Shown in pieces: positions 35,857 to 44,179 of a stretch of 44,179 bases of DNA (position 1 is its first letter; each line of letters opens with the position of its first letter). Location of the stretch: contig JAXGTK010000001.1 in NCBI GenBank assembly GCA_040774965.1, positions 1 through 44,179 on the forward strand. Direction: 5' to 3'. Position numbers and translations under genes: made by a program. The notes under the pieces were generated by a model. It saw only the letters and a list, made by a program, of their open reading frames with translations, ran no database searches and had not been told where the DNA came from. The stretch comes from Propionicimonas sp. Lineage in GTDB: Bacteria > Actinomycetota > Actinomycetes > Propionibacteriales > Propionibacteriaceae.

Positions 35857-36518
35857 GGGAGGTCCTCCAGCCGATAGCCCATCCCGCGCAGGGTCGTGAT
35901 CCGGTCGGCGCCGACCTTGCGGCGCAGGTGCCGGACGTAGACGTCCACCACGTTCGAGCCCGGGTCGAACGAGTAGCCCCACACCTGGCTGAGCAACTGC
36001 TCGCGGGACAGTACCTGCCCGGGGTTGCGCAGGAAGGCCTCGGCGAGCATGAATTCGCGCGCCGACAGCTCGATGGTCCGGTCGGCGACCTGGGCGCGGC
36101 GGGTGCGCAGGTCGAGGCTGAGCCCGCCGCAGGTGAGGGTGGCGAGCGGGGACGTTCCCTCCGGGCGCAACCGGAGCCGGATCCGGGCCAGCAGTTCCTC
36201 GAAGTGGAACGGCTTGGCCAGGTAGTCGTCCGCGCCGGCGTCGAGTCCGGAGACGGTGTCGTCCACCGACGACCGCGCGGTGAGGATGATCACCGGGATC
36301 CGGTGGTGGCCCTCGCGCAGTCGTCGCAGCACGGTGAAGCCGTCCAGCACCGGCAGCCCGATGTCGAGCAGCAGCAGGTCGAAGTCGCCGGACGTCGCGA
36401 GGTCGAGCGCCGAGCGGCCGTCGTCGACCGTCGTCGGGGAGAACCCGTGGGCGCGCAGGCCGCTCTCGACGAAGGTCGCGATCCGCGGCTCGTCCTCGGC
36501 GATCAGGATGCGGGTCAT
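35853..36518 (-). CDS. OmpR/PhoB-family response regulator
   Basis: ILIAEDE, LLDIGLP, ILTAR, GADDYLAKPF, winged helix SNVVDVYVRHLRRK..TLRGMGY. Confidence 0.96.
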   Translation of the reverse strand: MTRILIAEDEPRIATFVESGLRAHGFSPTTVDDGRSALDLATSGDFDLLLLDIGLPVLDGFTVLRRLREGHHRIPVIILTARSSVDDTVSGLDAGADDYLAKPFHFEELLARIRLRLRPEGTSPLATLTCGGLSLDLRTRRAQVADRTIELSAREFMLAEAFLRNPGQVLSREQLLSQVWGYSFDPGSNVVDVYVRHLRRKVGADRITTLRGMGYRLEDLP

Positions 36519-38020
36519 GGCTCCTCCGTCGGTGTCGCGTCGCCGTCGCCGGCCGCGGCGCCCGAGGGCACCACGATGCTGAAGGTCGAGCCCGCACCCG
36601 GTGCCGAGACGACCTCCACGTGCCCGCCGTGGGCCTGCGCGATCGCCTGCACGATGGTCAGGCCCAGGCCGGTGCCCTCGGTGCGCCGGCCCGCCTCCAG
36701 CCGGACGAACCGTTCGAAGATCCGGTCCTGGTCCCCGGGCGCGATGCCGGGGCCCTCGTCGCGGACCCACACCCGCACCTGGCCGTCGGTGACCGCGCTG
36801 CCCAGCGCGACCGTCGAACCCGGCTCGCTGTACTTCACTGCGTTCTGGGCCAGCTGGAGCCAGGCCTGGGTCAGCCGCTGCGGGTCCACCTCCACCACGG
36901 TGTCGCCGGAGCCCTCCAGCAGCCAGTGCCGGGGGCCGAGCGCGCGCGCCTTCGCGAACGCCTCGTCGGTGACGTCGAAGAGCTCCACCGGTTCGGTGCG
37001 GACGAAGTCCGGCTGGCGCGCCCGGGCGAGCAGGATCAGGTCCTCGACGAGCCGGTTCATCCGGTCGGTCTCGTCCAGCAGGAGGGCGCGCGTGGACGCC
37101 ACCGCGCCGGGATCGCCGGCGTCCAGGACCTCGAGGTGCCCGCGGATGACCGTGATCGGGGTGCGCAGCTCGTGGCCGACGTCGTCGAGGAGGCGGCGCT
37201 GGGCGACGAAGGACTCCTCGAGGCGGTCGAGCATCGCGTTGAAGTTGCCGGTGAGGTCGGCGATCTCGTCGCTGCCGGTGACCGGGATGCGGGAGCCCAG
37301 GTCGGCGGCGTCGGTGTGGCTCGTGGCCTCCCGCAGCAGCGACAGCGGCCGCACCAGCCCCCCGCTCAGCTGCCAGCCGACCAGCCCGATGACCAGCAGC
37401 GACGCCGCGGCGACGCCCAGGTAGAGCGCTCCGGTCCGGGCCAGTTCGGCCCGCTCGACCCCCACGGTGCGGGCGATCACGAAGGTGCCGGACGCGGACT
37501 GCCCGGCCACCTGGACGGGGATGATCGCCAGGCGCACCGTGCCCACGGACGTCTCCACGTCGCGGACCGCGACCCCTTCCTCCGCGGTCACGCCCGCGAT
37601 GACCGCGAGGGCCGCCGGTTCGTGTTCGAGTTCCACCGGCCGCGTTCCTCCGGAGTAGCCGAACGGTTCCCCGTCGATGAGCGCGAACTGGGTCTCGTAC
37701 GGCCCCGGCACCCGATAGCTCATGGCTGCCACGAGGAGCGGTTCGACGTCGGCGAACGGCAGCCCCGTGTCCGGATCGGTTCCCTTCGAGCGACTCTCGA
37801 ACTCCTGGTAGCCGCGGCGCAGCGAGTCGTCGGCCGCGCCGTCGATGGCGGCCCACTGGACCACGCCGACGGTTCCCCCGGCCAGTGCGAGCGCCAGGGC
37901 GGACAGTGCCAGCACCGAGAGCAGGAGGCGGGAGCGCACGGAGCGGCTGGGTCGCCAGCTCCGGGCGTGCGCCGTCTCGGGGCCGTCCGCCCCGTCAGGC
38001 GAGTTCCGCCACCGCATCAC
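36515..38020 (-). CDS. HAMP-domain sensor histidine kinase
   Basis: Two TMs, HAMP DEIADLTGNFNAML, H-box GHELRTPIT, N-box NAVKYS, G1 DEGPGI, F FERF, G2 GTGLGL. Confidence 0.96.
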   Translation of the reverse strand: MMRWRNSPDGADGPETAHARSWRPSRSVRSRLLLSVLALSALALALAGGTVGVVQWAAIDGAADDSLRRGYQEFESRSKGTDPDTGLPFADVEPLLVAAMSYRVPGPYETQFALIDGEPFGYSGGTRPVELEHEPAALAVIAGVTAEEGVAVRDVETSVGTVRLAIIPVQVAGQSASGTFVIARTVGVERAELARTGALYLGVAAASLLVIGLVGWQLSGGLVRPLSLLREATSHTDAADLGSRIPVTGSDEIADLTGNFNAMLDRLEESFVAQRRLLDDVGHELRTPITVIRGHLEVLDAGDPGAVASTRALLLDETDRMNRLVEDLILLARARQPDFVRTEPVELFDVTDEAFAKARALGPRHWLLEGSGDTVVEVDPQRLTQAWLQLAQNAVKYSEPGSTVALGSAVTDGQVRVWVRDEGPGIAPGDQDRIFERFVRLEAGRRTEGTGLGLTIVQAIAQAHGGHVEVVSAPGAGSTFSIVVPSGAAAGDGDATPTEEP

Positions 38021-38600
38021 GAACCTGCTGGATCTCGAAGGACGGGTAGGTGTCCTTCAGAGTCCTCAGCGTAGCCCGCGTGTCGACGTCGGCGGGCAGT
38101 CCGCAGGCAGCGACCAGCTCGGCCAGGTCGACCCCGTAGGCCTGCGCCACCGCGGCGAGGGTCATCTGCCCGGTGATCGCCGGCTGCCCGGCGCCCGAGC
38201 CCGTCCCGGTCGGTTGGGGCGAGGGCGTGGCCGAGGTCGTGGCCGTGGCGGACGGGGACACCGCGGCTCCAGCCAGGTGTGCGCGCAGCTGCTCCTTGAA
38301 CGTGCCCAGCTCGAACCCCTCGACCAGCGTCTCCACGTCGCGGAACGGGGTCTCGGGGGTGAGCCCGGCCGTCCCGGACGGATCGATGAGGTCGATGATC
38401 TCGCCGACCGGGATGCCGAGGCCGTCCGCGGCCTGCTGGAGGGTCATCCAGCCCTTGAGGTCGTCGACGCCGAGCTGCTCGCCGGTGACGAAGGTCGTGC
38501 GTCCGCTGACCACCCAGTCGCCGGTCAGGTTCGCGACGCCGACCGCGCCGAAGAGGACCACCACGGACGCCACGGGCGCCACCCACACCGAGGTCTTCAT
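37995..38600 (-). CDS. Membrane-anchored protein with two (K/T)GxMTL helical repeats
   Basis: ATGA overlap with the polyferredoxin stop; N-terminal TM; LKGWMTLQQAADGLGIP and ITGQMTLAAVAQAYGVD repeats. Confidence 0.8.
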   Translation of the reverse strand: MKTSVWVAPVASVVVLFGAVGVANLTGDWVVSGRTTFVTGEQLGVDDLKGWMTLQQAADGLGIPVGEIIDLIDPSGTAGLTPETPFRDVETLVEGFELGTFKEQLRAHLAGAAVSPSATATTSATPSPQPTGTGSGAGQPAITGQMTLAAVAQAYGVDLAELVAACGLPADVDTRATLRTLKDTYPSFEIQQVRDAVAELA

Positions 38601-39541
38601 CGCCGGATCCTTCCGGCCGCCGCGGGACGCCGTTCCTCCGGATCGGGAGGCACGCCGATCCGGGTCGGGATGCCGAGCAGCACGGGGGCGTCCACCTGCA
38701 GTGCGCCGCGGACCGGGCAGGTGGTCACGCAGTCCATGCAGCCGATGCAGTCCGGACTCACCATGGGGGCGGCCTTGCTGGGCTCGATGCCGACCGGGCA
38801 CGCCTTGTCGCAGAGTGCGCAGTCCGTACAGGTCGTGGGCGCCCGGCGGATCCGGAGCAGGCTGAACCGGCTGAGCACGCTGAGCACGCCGCCCAGCGGG
38901 CACAGGTAGCGGCACCAGGCCCGCTCGACCAGCAACGAGGCGACGACCACGACGGCGAGGATCGACAGGCCGATCCAGATCGTCGGGTTGTCGGGTTCGA
39001 ACAGCCAGTGCAGCCCGAAGAGCGCGACGTAGGGGTCGTAGTCGGCGAACCAGAGGCTGGCCGTGGTGTAGCTGAAGTAGAGGATCACCGCGAGGACGAC
39101 GAAGCGGCCCCAGCGCAGTACCCGGTCGAGCCGGCGGGGGACCGTCAGGCTGGGCAGGTTGAGCTTGCGGCGCACCCACGTGAGGGCGTCCTGGACGGTG
39201 CCGAAGGGGCAGACCCAGCCGCAGAAGGCGTTCCCCGCCAGCAGCGTCGCGACCAGCACCGCGAGCCCGAGCACGAGGTTCGAGGGGTGGATCCTGGTGA
39301 TCAGCGTGCCGGTGGTGAGCCAGGTGATCAGGGTCTCCATCGCACCGAACGGGCACAGCGCGTCGACCGAGGCCGACCCGGAGTTCTGCTCGATCTGGTG
39401 GCGCACCGCGGCGAACACGACGAGGGCTGCGACGGCGAGCTGGGTGATGTGCCGCGCCCGCTTGACGTGCAGGATCCGGCGGGTGCGCTGCTGGAAGCGG
39501 GTCAGGTGGCCTTTCCTGGCCGAGGGGCTCGACGTGCTCAC
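38597..39541 (-). CDS. Membrane 4Fe-4S binding protein (NapH/MauN/YccM-like polyferredoxin)
   Basis: LCPFGAME, FCGWVCPFG, WCRYLCPLG, CTDCALCDKACP, CIGCMDCVTTCP. GTG start after GGAGG. Confidence 0.92.
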   Translation of the reverse strand: MSTSSPSARKGHLTRFQQRTRRILHVKRARHITQLAVAALVVFAAVRHQIEQNSGSASVDALCPFGAMETLITWLTTGTLITRIHPSNLVLGLAVLVATLLAGNAFCGWVCPFGTVQDALTWVRRKLNLPSLTVPRRLDRVLRWGRFVVLAVILYFSYTTASLWFADYDPYVALFGLHWLFEPDNPTIWIGLSILAVVVVASLLVERAWCRYLCPLGGVLSVLSRFSLLRIRRAPTTCTDCALCDKACPVGIEPSKAAPMVSPDCIGCMDCVTTCPVRGALQVDAPVLLGIPTRIGVPPDPEERRPAAAGRIRR

Positions 39542-39585
39542 GGCATCCTCCAACGGATCGGGGTCAGCCCAGAGCCTCCCGTCGT

Positions 39586-39616
39586 TGTGTGAAGAGTGTG
39601 TGAAGCTGCGATGAGG
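39586..39616 (-). promoter_or_regulatory. OmpR-type direct repeats upstream of the polyferredoxin operon
   Basis: TGTGTGAAG at 39586 and 39597, GCGATGAGG at 39608; the sense strand reads CCTCAT-N5-CTTCAC-N5-CTTCAC. Confidence 0.65.
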
Positions 39617-39645
39617 ATTCGAGCGCCACCCTCCCCGCAGGAGGA

Positions 39646-40062
39646 TCAGTTCCCGGACGCGCGGACCTTGGTCACCGTCCAGATGTTCATCGAGCCCTCG
39701 TGGCGGTAGTCGAGGCTGTCGGTGATCAGCTGGATCAGCGCGAGTCCGCGCCCGTGCTCGGCGTGCTCGTCGGGCATCGACGGGTGGGGTGTCCGGGGGA
39801 GGGGGACGCCGGTGTCGGCGGTCTGGAGCACGAGGAGCTCCGGCTCGACGGTCAGGGTGACCTCGCACAGCACCGACCGGTGGGGATTGTTCTGGATCAG
39901 GTTGGTGACCAGTTCGCTCAGTGCGGTCTCGACCGCCATCCGTTCGCCGGGACCGATGTCGGGACGCTGCGTCCAGACGGTCTCCAGGAAGTCGTGGGCG
40001 TCGTTGACCGTGTCCGGCGGGCTGTGGACGACGGCCGCGTAGCTAGTCGGTGAAGGCAGCAT
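39646..40062 (-). CDS. RsbW/SpoIIAB-like anti-sigma serine kinase (HATPase_c)
   Basis: ETALSELVTNLIQN, ADTG, EHGRGLALI. Confidence 0.9.
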   Translation of the reverse strand: MLPSPTSYAAVVHSPPDTVNDAHDFLETVWTQRPDIGPGERMAVETALSELVTNLIQNNPHRSVLCEVTLTVEPELLVLQTADTGVPLPRTPHPSMPDEHAEHGRGLALIQLITDSLDYRHEGSMNIWTVTKVRASGN

Positions 40063-40378
40063 CGGCGTCGGGGTAGGGCTTGAGGATGCGATCGAGGTTG
40101 GACAGTTGCAGGACGAGCTCCACCTGCTCGTTGGCCGCGGCGATCCGGAGGTCGCCGCCGGCCTGGCGTGTGGTCTTCAGGGACGCGATCAGGGCGCCCA
40201 GCCCGGAGGAGTCCATGAACTCCACGTCGGCGAGGTCGATGACCACGCGCGTACGCCCGGACGCGACGGCCCGACCGACGATGTCCCGCAGTTCCGGCGC
40301 GGCCACCATGTTCAGGCGTCCCCCGACCCGGACCACGGCGACGTCGTCGCCGACGGGATCGGTGCGGAAGCTCGTCAT
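40043..40378 (-). CDS. STAS-domain anti-anti-sigma factor (RsbV/SpoIIAA-like)
   Basis: VVRVGGRLNMVAAPELR, IDLADVEFMDSSGLGAL; ATGA overlap with the GT2 stop. Confidence 0.95.
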   Translation of the reverse strand: MTSFRTDPVGDDVAVVRVGGRLNMVAAPELRDIVGRAVASGRTRVVIDLADVEFMDSSGLGALIASLKTTRQAGGDLRIAAANEQVELVLQLSNLDRILKPYPDADAAFTD

Positions 40379-42348
40379 TTCTCCTCCTCCTCGGCCTCGG
40401 AGTAGCCGCGGTAACGCACGGCCCCCACGAGAACGCTCAGCGCGACCAGGTCGAACCCGACCCAGCCGATGTTGACCAGTGTGCCGATCACCTCGGCCTG
40501 CTGGAACACGAGCCGGACCACGCCCGCGACCACGGCGACCACCAGGGCCACCGCCATCGCGATCTGCCAGCGGATCCGGCTCAGGTCCCACTGCCGGGCC
40601 CGCGTGCCGACCTTGGGCGTGACGGCGAAGTTCAGCGGCCTCCCGCCCAGGACGTTGGCGGCCGCCGACACGCAGGCCTGGATCCACACGGGGAACAGCG
40701 CGAGCGTGTACTGCTGGCCGCGCCACGTCGGCAGGCCCCGGGAGGCGACCAGGAACAGGAGCTGGTTGGCGATCATGAACGGCAGGAAGCGCAGGAAGAA
40801 CGGGCCGGCGTAGCTGTTCACGGGCAGTACGCCGAAGACCAGGAACGTCACGGGCGCGACCAGGTAGACGACCGTGGCGAAGCCGGAGAAGTAGCTCCAC
40901 ATCGTCGAGAAGTACATCAGGCGCTGCGGCAGGCTGAGGCCGCGCACGAAGAGCGGATTCTCCTTGAGCAGCACCTGTACGGTGCCCTGGCCCCAGCGCA
41001 GGCGCTGGGTGAGCGCGGCGTCGAGGCCCTCGGGGGCCAGGCCGTCGGCGAGCACCTCGTTGTGGTAGACGCTCCGCCAGCCGTGGGCGTGCAGCCGCAT
41101 CGCCGTCGCCATGTCCTCGGTGACCGAGATCGTGGCCATCGGCAGCAGCGCCTGGGCCTCGTCGGAGCGGCCGATGTCGAGCGCCTCCAGGGTGCGCCGG
41201 ACGGCGTCCAGCGCGTTCAGCGGGCTGAACTCGTCGGTGGCGAGGCTGGCGACCATCGCCGGCGACGACGCGGCGACGGCGGCGTCGTGGAGCCCCAGCT
41301 CGTCGAGGTCGGCGCCGATCTGGACGAGGTCGCCGGCGACGACCTGGCGGGACAGCTCACTGATCCGGTCGCGGAGTGCGTAGGTCACCTCGCCGATGGG
41401 CTCGCCGTTGCCGATCCGGGCGAGCGCCTCGTCGATCGCGGCGGACGTCTGGCCGAGCGCGGCCTGCTCGGCCGGACCGCTCGCCCTGTGGACGGCCCGC
41501 CGGAGGATCGCGCGGGCGTGCCTGAGGCCGTCGGTGACCGCCTTCTCGGTGGCGGTGACGTAGCCGAGGATGCCCAGCTCCATCAGGGCCTCGCGGCGCA
41601 GCACCGCGTTCGAGCCGCAGAAGAAGGCGGCGTCCCAGCCGTCCTTGCCCTCCTGGATCGGCCCGTAGAACAGTGGCGCCTGGCTGCCGAGCGGGTCGGA
41701 GTCGGGCACGTTGGTGAAGTACTGCGGGGTCTGGACGAGGGCGAGCCGGTCGTCGGCGTCGAAGTAGCCGAGGGTGCGGTCGAGGATCGCCGGGTCGGGC
41801 ACCATGTCGGCGTCCAGCACCAGGATGAACTCGCCGGTGGTCTGCAGGAGGGCGTTGTTGAGGTTGCCGGCCTTCGCGTGGCGGGGTTTGCCCGTCCACT
41901 CCTCGCCCCGGGTGACGTAGCCCACCCCGAGCTCGGCGGACGCCGTGCGCAACTCGTCCCGGTCGCCGTCGTCGAGGATCCAGGTCAGGTGCGGATAGCT
42001 GATCGCCTTCGCCGCCCGCGCGGTCCTCACCACGAGGTCGGGCGGCTCGTTGTAGGTGGTGATGAAGACGTCCACGGTGCGGCCGGGCGGCGTGGGCGGG
42101 GGTTCGCCGCGCTGCCGGGAGCGCCAGATGGCCATGCCGAACAGGGTCAGGTCGATGATGCTGTAGGTCTCGGCCAGGACCAGGGGAACGGAGATCCACC
42201 ACGTCGACCAGTTGACGGAGGCGAACCAGCGCCACACAACGTAGTTCACGCCGAGCAGCAGGGTGAGGGTGATCCAGATCCGCAGCAGCAGCAGGCGGCG
42301 GTCCTCCGCCCGCTCGCCGCGGTAGTCGCGCGATCCGCGGTCAGCCAT
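40375..42348 (-). CDS. Cellulose-synthase-like (BcsA-like) GT2 glycosyltransferase, no PilZ domain
   Basis: DVFITTYNE, LDDG, HAKAGNLN, LDADMVP, VQTPQYF, FFCGSNA, SVTED, QRLRW, gating loop FAVTPK. Confidence 0.92.
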   Translation of the reverse strand: MADRGSRDYRGERAEDRRLLLLRIWITLTLLLGVNYVVWRWFASVNWSTWWISVPLVLAETYSIIDLTLFGMAIWRSRQRGEPPPTPPGRTVDVFITTYNEPPDLVVRTARAAKAISYPHLTWILDDGDRDELRTASAELGVGYVTRGEEWTGKPRHAKAGNLNNALLQTTGEFILVLDADMVPDPAILDRTLGYFDADDRLALVQTPQYFTNVPDSDPLGSQAPLFYGPIQEGKDGWDAAFFCGSNAVLRREALMELGILGYVTATEKAVTDGLRHARAILRRAVHRASGPAEQAALGQTSAAIDEALARIGNGEPIGEVTYALRDRISELSRQVVAGDLVQIGADLDELGLHDAAVAASSPAMVASLATDEFSPLNALDAVRRTLEALDIGRSDEAQALLPMATISVTEDMATAMRLHAHGWRSVYHNEVLADGLAPEGLDAALTQRLRWGQGTVQVLLKENPLFVRGLSLPQRLMYFSTMWSYFSGFATVVYLVAPVTFLVFGVLPVNSYAGPFFLRFLPFMIANQLLFLVASRGLPTWRGQQYTLALFPVWIQACVSAAANVLGGRPLNFAVTPKVGTRARQWDLSRIRWQIAMAVALVVAVVAGVVRLVFQQAEVIGTLVNIGWVGFDLVALSVLVGAVRYRGYSEAEEEEK

Positions 42349-44179
42349 GTCGTTCCGCCTCCGGGACCAGGTCTCGGTGGATGATCACCGCGGTGGCGTC
42401 GTCCGAGGGCTCGGCCGAAGGGTCGGCGCCGTGGCACAGCGCCTCGGCGAGCTCCTGGGGGGTACTCATGGCGGGGTCGGCGCGCAGGGCACTGATCGCT
42501 GCCATCACGTCCTCGACCGAGCCGCCCCAGCCCTCCAGCACGCCGTCGCTGATCATGAGCAGTGAGTCGCCGGGCGCGAGGTCGACGCGCTGTTCCGCCC
42601 AGAAGGTGCCGAGCCCGATCGGCAGGTCGTGGCCGGCGAGGCGCCGCACCACCGTGCCGCGTTCGCTGACGAGGAAGCTCAGGCCGTGGCCGGCGTCGAC
42701 CAGGCGTGCCGTTCCCGTGAGCAGGTCGACGGTGGCGTAGCCGAGGGTGACGAACGCGTTGGACCGGCTGAGTTCGTCGTCGATGATCCGGATGCTGTCG
42801 GCGACGGCCTCGGCGGGCCGGGCCGCGGGGTTCGCGGACCGCAGGGCGGTGCGGACGGCGGCAGCGAGGAGGCCCGAGGCGATCCCCTTGCCCATCACGT
42901 CACCGAGGAGGACCACCGCTTCGCGGCCCTCGATGCGCAGGTCGTAGAAGTCGCCACCGACCTCGCGGGCCGGGACGGCGGCGGCACCGTGCTCCCAGCC
43001 GGCGCGGGACGGCAGTTCGGCAGGTGAGAGGGCGCGTTGCACCTCCGCGGCGCGGGCGAGTTCCGTGGCGGCCTGCGCCTGGGCGTTGACCGAGTCGGTG
43101 ATGTCGAGGAACTGGACGGTGAGGCCGCCTGTCCCGTCCTCGAGCGCGAGGGGCACGACCCCCATCTGGAACTGGTGCCCGTCGACGCCCTCCACCTCGA
43201 GGTCGAGTCCCCCGGTGCGTTCACGGGTGGCCACGGCCGCGACCCTGGCCGAGGCCTGCTCCCCGAGCAACTCGGAAAGGCTGCGGACGCCGTGCGCGAG
43301 TCCGGGCAGCAGTTCGGCGGCGGCGTCGTTGTGGCGCTGCACCTTCCACCCGTCCGCCTCCTCGGCGAGGACGAGCATGCCGGCCAGCGAGGTGTCGAAG
43401 TTGGTGCGGTAGAGCAGTTCACTGGCGCCGAGCCGGGCCGTGACGGTGCGCTCCCGGGCCACGGTCAGGGCGATCAGCAGGACGATGGTGACCATGGCGA
43501 GTTCGAACGCCTGCAGCAGCGTGCCGCCGAGGTTCGGGCCGAATCGCACGAACGCGAACGGGCCGGAGCCCGTGGCGCTCCCGTAGGAGGCGATCACCGC
43601 GATGCCGAGCATCTCGAACAGCAGCCAGCGAAGCGGCAGGGACACGGCACTCCACACCGGCGGGATGATCGCGAGGAACGCCACGGAGGAATCGCGATTG
43701 ACGACGAACACGAGCACCGAGACCAGCAGGGCGAAGGCCAGTTGGCTCACGACGCGCGCCCGGTTGATCCGTCGCTCGACGGCGGGCAGCCGGAAGAACA
43801 GGGGCGTGACCATCAGCATGCCGGCGGCGCGACGGGGGCCGGCGGCGATGAGCAGGGCGATCGCCATCTGCCGGTCGCCGGCGGCGAAGATGACCGTGGC
43901 GATGGTGAGGTCGAAGGCGGTCGCCGCCGTGACCACCGCCAGCAACAGCATTCCCAGGTCCGAGTAGGTCTCGAGCGTCGGCTCGTCGACGCCGCCGGCG
44001 CGGAGGACGAGGGAACCGATGACGACTTCGATCCCCGCGGCGAAGGACACCGCGATCGCGAGGTCCAGGTAGTGGAAGTGCAGCAGGTTCGCGCCGAGCG
44101 ACACCAGGACGACGGCGACGGCGACCAGCCACAGCCGGCGCCTCGGCATCCGGATGGCGAGTCCCAGGGCCAGGCCGGA
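42341..44179 (-). CDS. SpoIIE/RsbU PP2C phosphatase with MASE1-like membrane sensor (5' truncated by the window edge)
   Basis: Frame open to the edge (..SGLALGLAIRMPRR..); multiple TMs; AAEVQRALSP, VGGDFYD, LGDVMGKG, DAGHG, MISDGV, SDDAT. Confidence 0.93.
   Translation of the reverse strand, partial: SGLALGLAIRMPRRRLWLVAVAVVLVSLGANLLHFHYLDLAIAVSFAAGIEVVIGSLVLRAGGVDEPTLETYSDLGMLLLAVVTAATAFDLTIATVIFAAGDRQMAIALLIAAGPRRAAGMLMVTPLFFRLPAVERRINRARVVSQLAFALLVSVLVFVVNRDSSVAFLAIIPPVWSAVSLPLRWLLFEMLGIAVIASYGSATGSGPFAFVRFGPNLGGTLLQAFELAMVTIVLLIALTVARERTVTARLGASELLYRTNFDTSLAGMLVLAEEADGWKVQRHNDAAAELLPGLAHGVRSLSELLGEQASARVAAVATRERTGGLDLEVEGVDGHQFQMGVVPLALEDGTGGLTVQFLDITDSVNAQAQAATELARAAEVQRALSPAELPSRAGWEHGAAAVPAREVGGDFYDLRIEGREAVVLLGDVMGKGIASGLLAAAVRTALRSANPAARPAEAVADSIRIIDDELSRSNAFVTLGYATVDLLTGTARLVDAGHGLSFLVSERGTVVRRLAGHDLPIGLGTFWAEQRVDLAPGDSLLMISDGVLEGWGGSVEDVMAAISALRADPAMSTPQELAEALCHGADPSAEPSDDATAVIIHRDLVPEAERHG

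Overview
High-GC actinobacterial chromosomal segment; gene content suggests a facultatively anaerobic Propionibacteriaceae-like organism (inference). It starts with the end of a dGTPase gene, REP-like palindromes, dnaG and a divergent sigma-70 factor. Housekeeping and stress genes follow: ABC-2 exporter, TauE, beta-hydroxyacid dehydrogenase, nucleoside hydrolase, GCS2, a type IIIA P-type H+-ATPase, MarC, FMN reductase, an MdoB/LTA-synthase-like enzyme, M20 dipeptidase, DUF89 and AhpD. An anaerobe-type iorA-iorB-paaK-ACT operon comes next. The most notable block (23.6-28.9 kb) is a translationally coupled operon of membrane Ser/Thr kinase, 52-aa TM peptide, Zn-ribbon TRAFAC GTPase with a variant P-loop, and a GAP1-N2-like protein, resembling GTPase-centred ternary conflict systems. 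It is divergent from an orphan Flp-pilin fusion protein across an intergenic region with a 15-bp-periodic motif array. The rest holds a cst-like persulfide operon with two CsoR/CstR-type operators, CDF, OsmC, ppk2, an OmpR-type two-component locus whose neighbouring promoters share 11-bp-periodic direct repeats, and a partner-switching module enclosing a PilZ-less cellulose-synthase-like GT2 with a large insertion. No tRNA, rRNA, CRISPR array, transposase or integrase was seen. All family assignments come from motif recognition by eye, not database searches.
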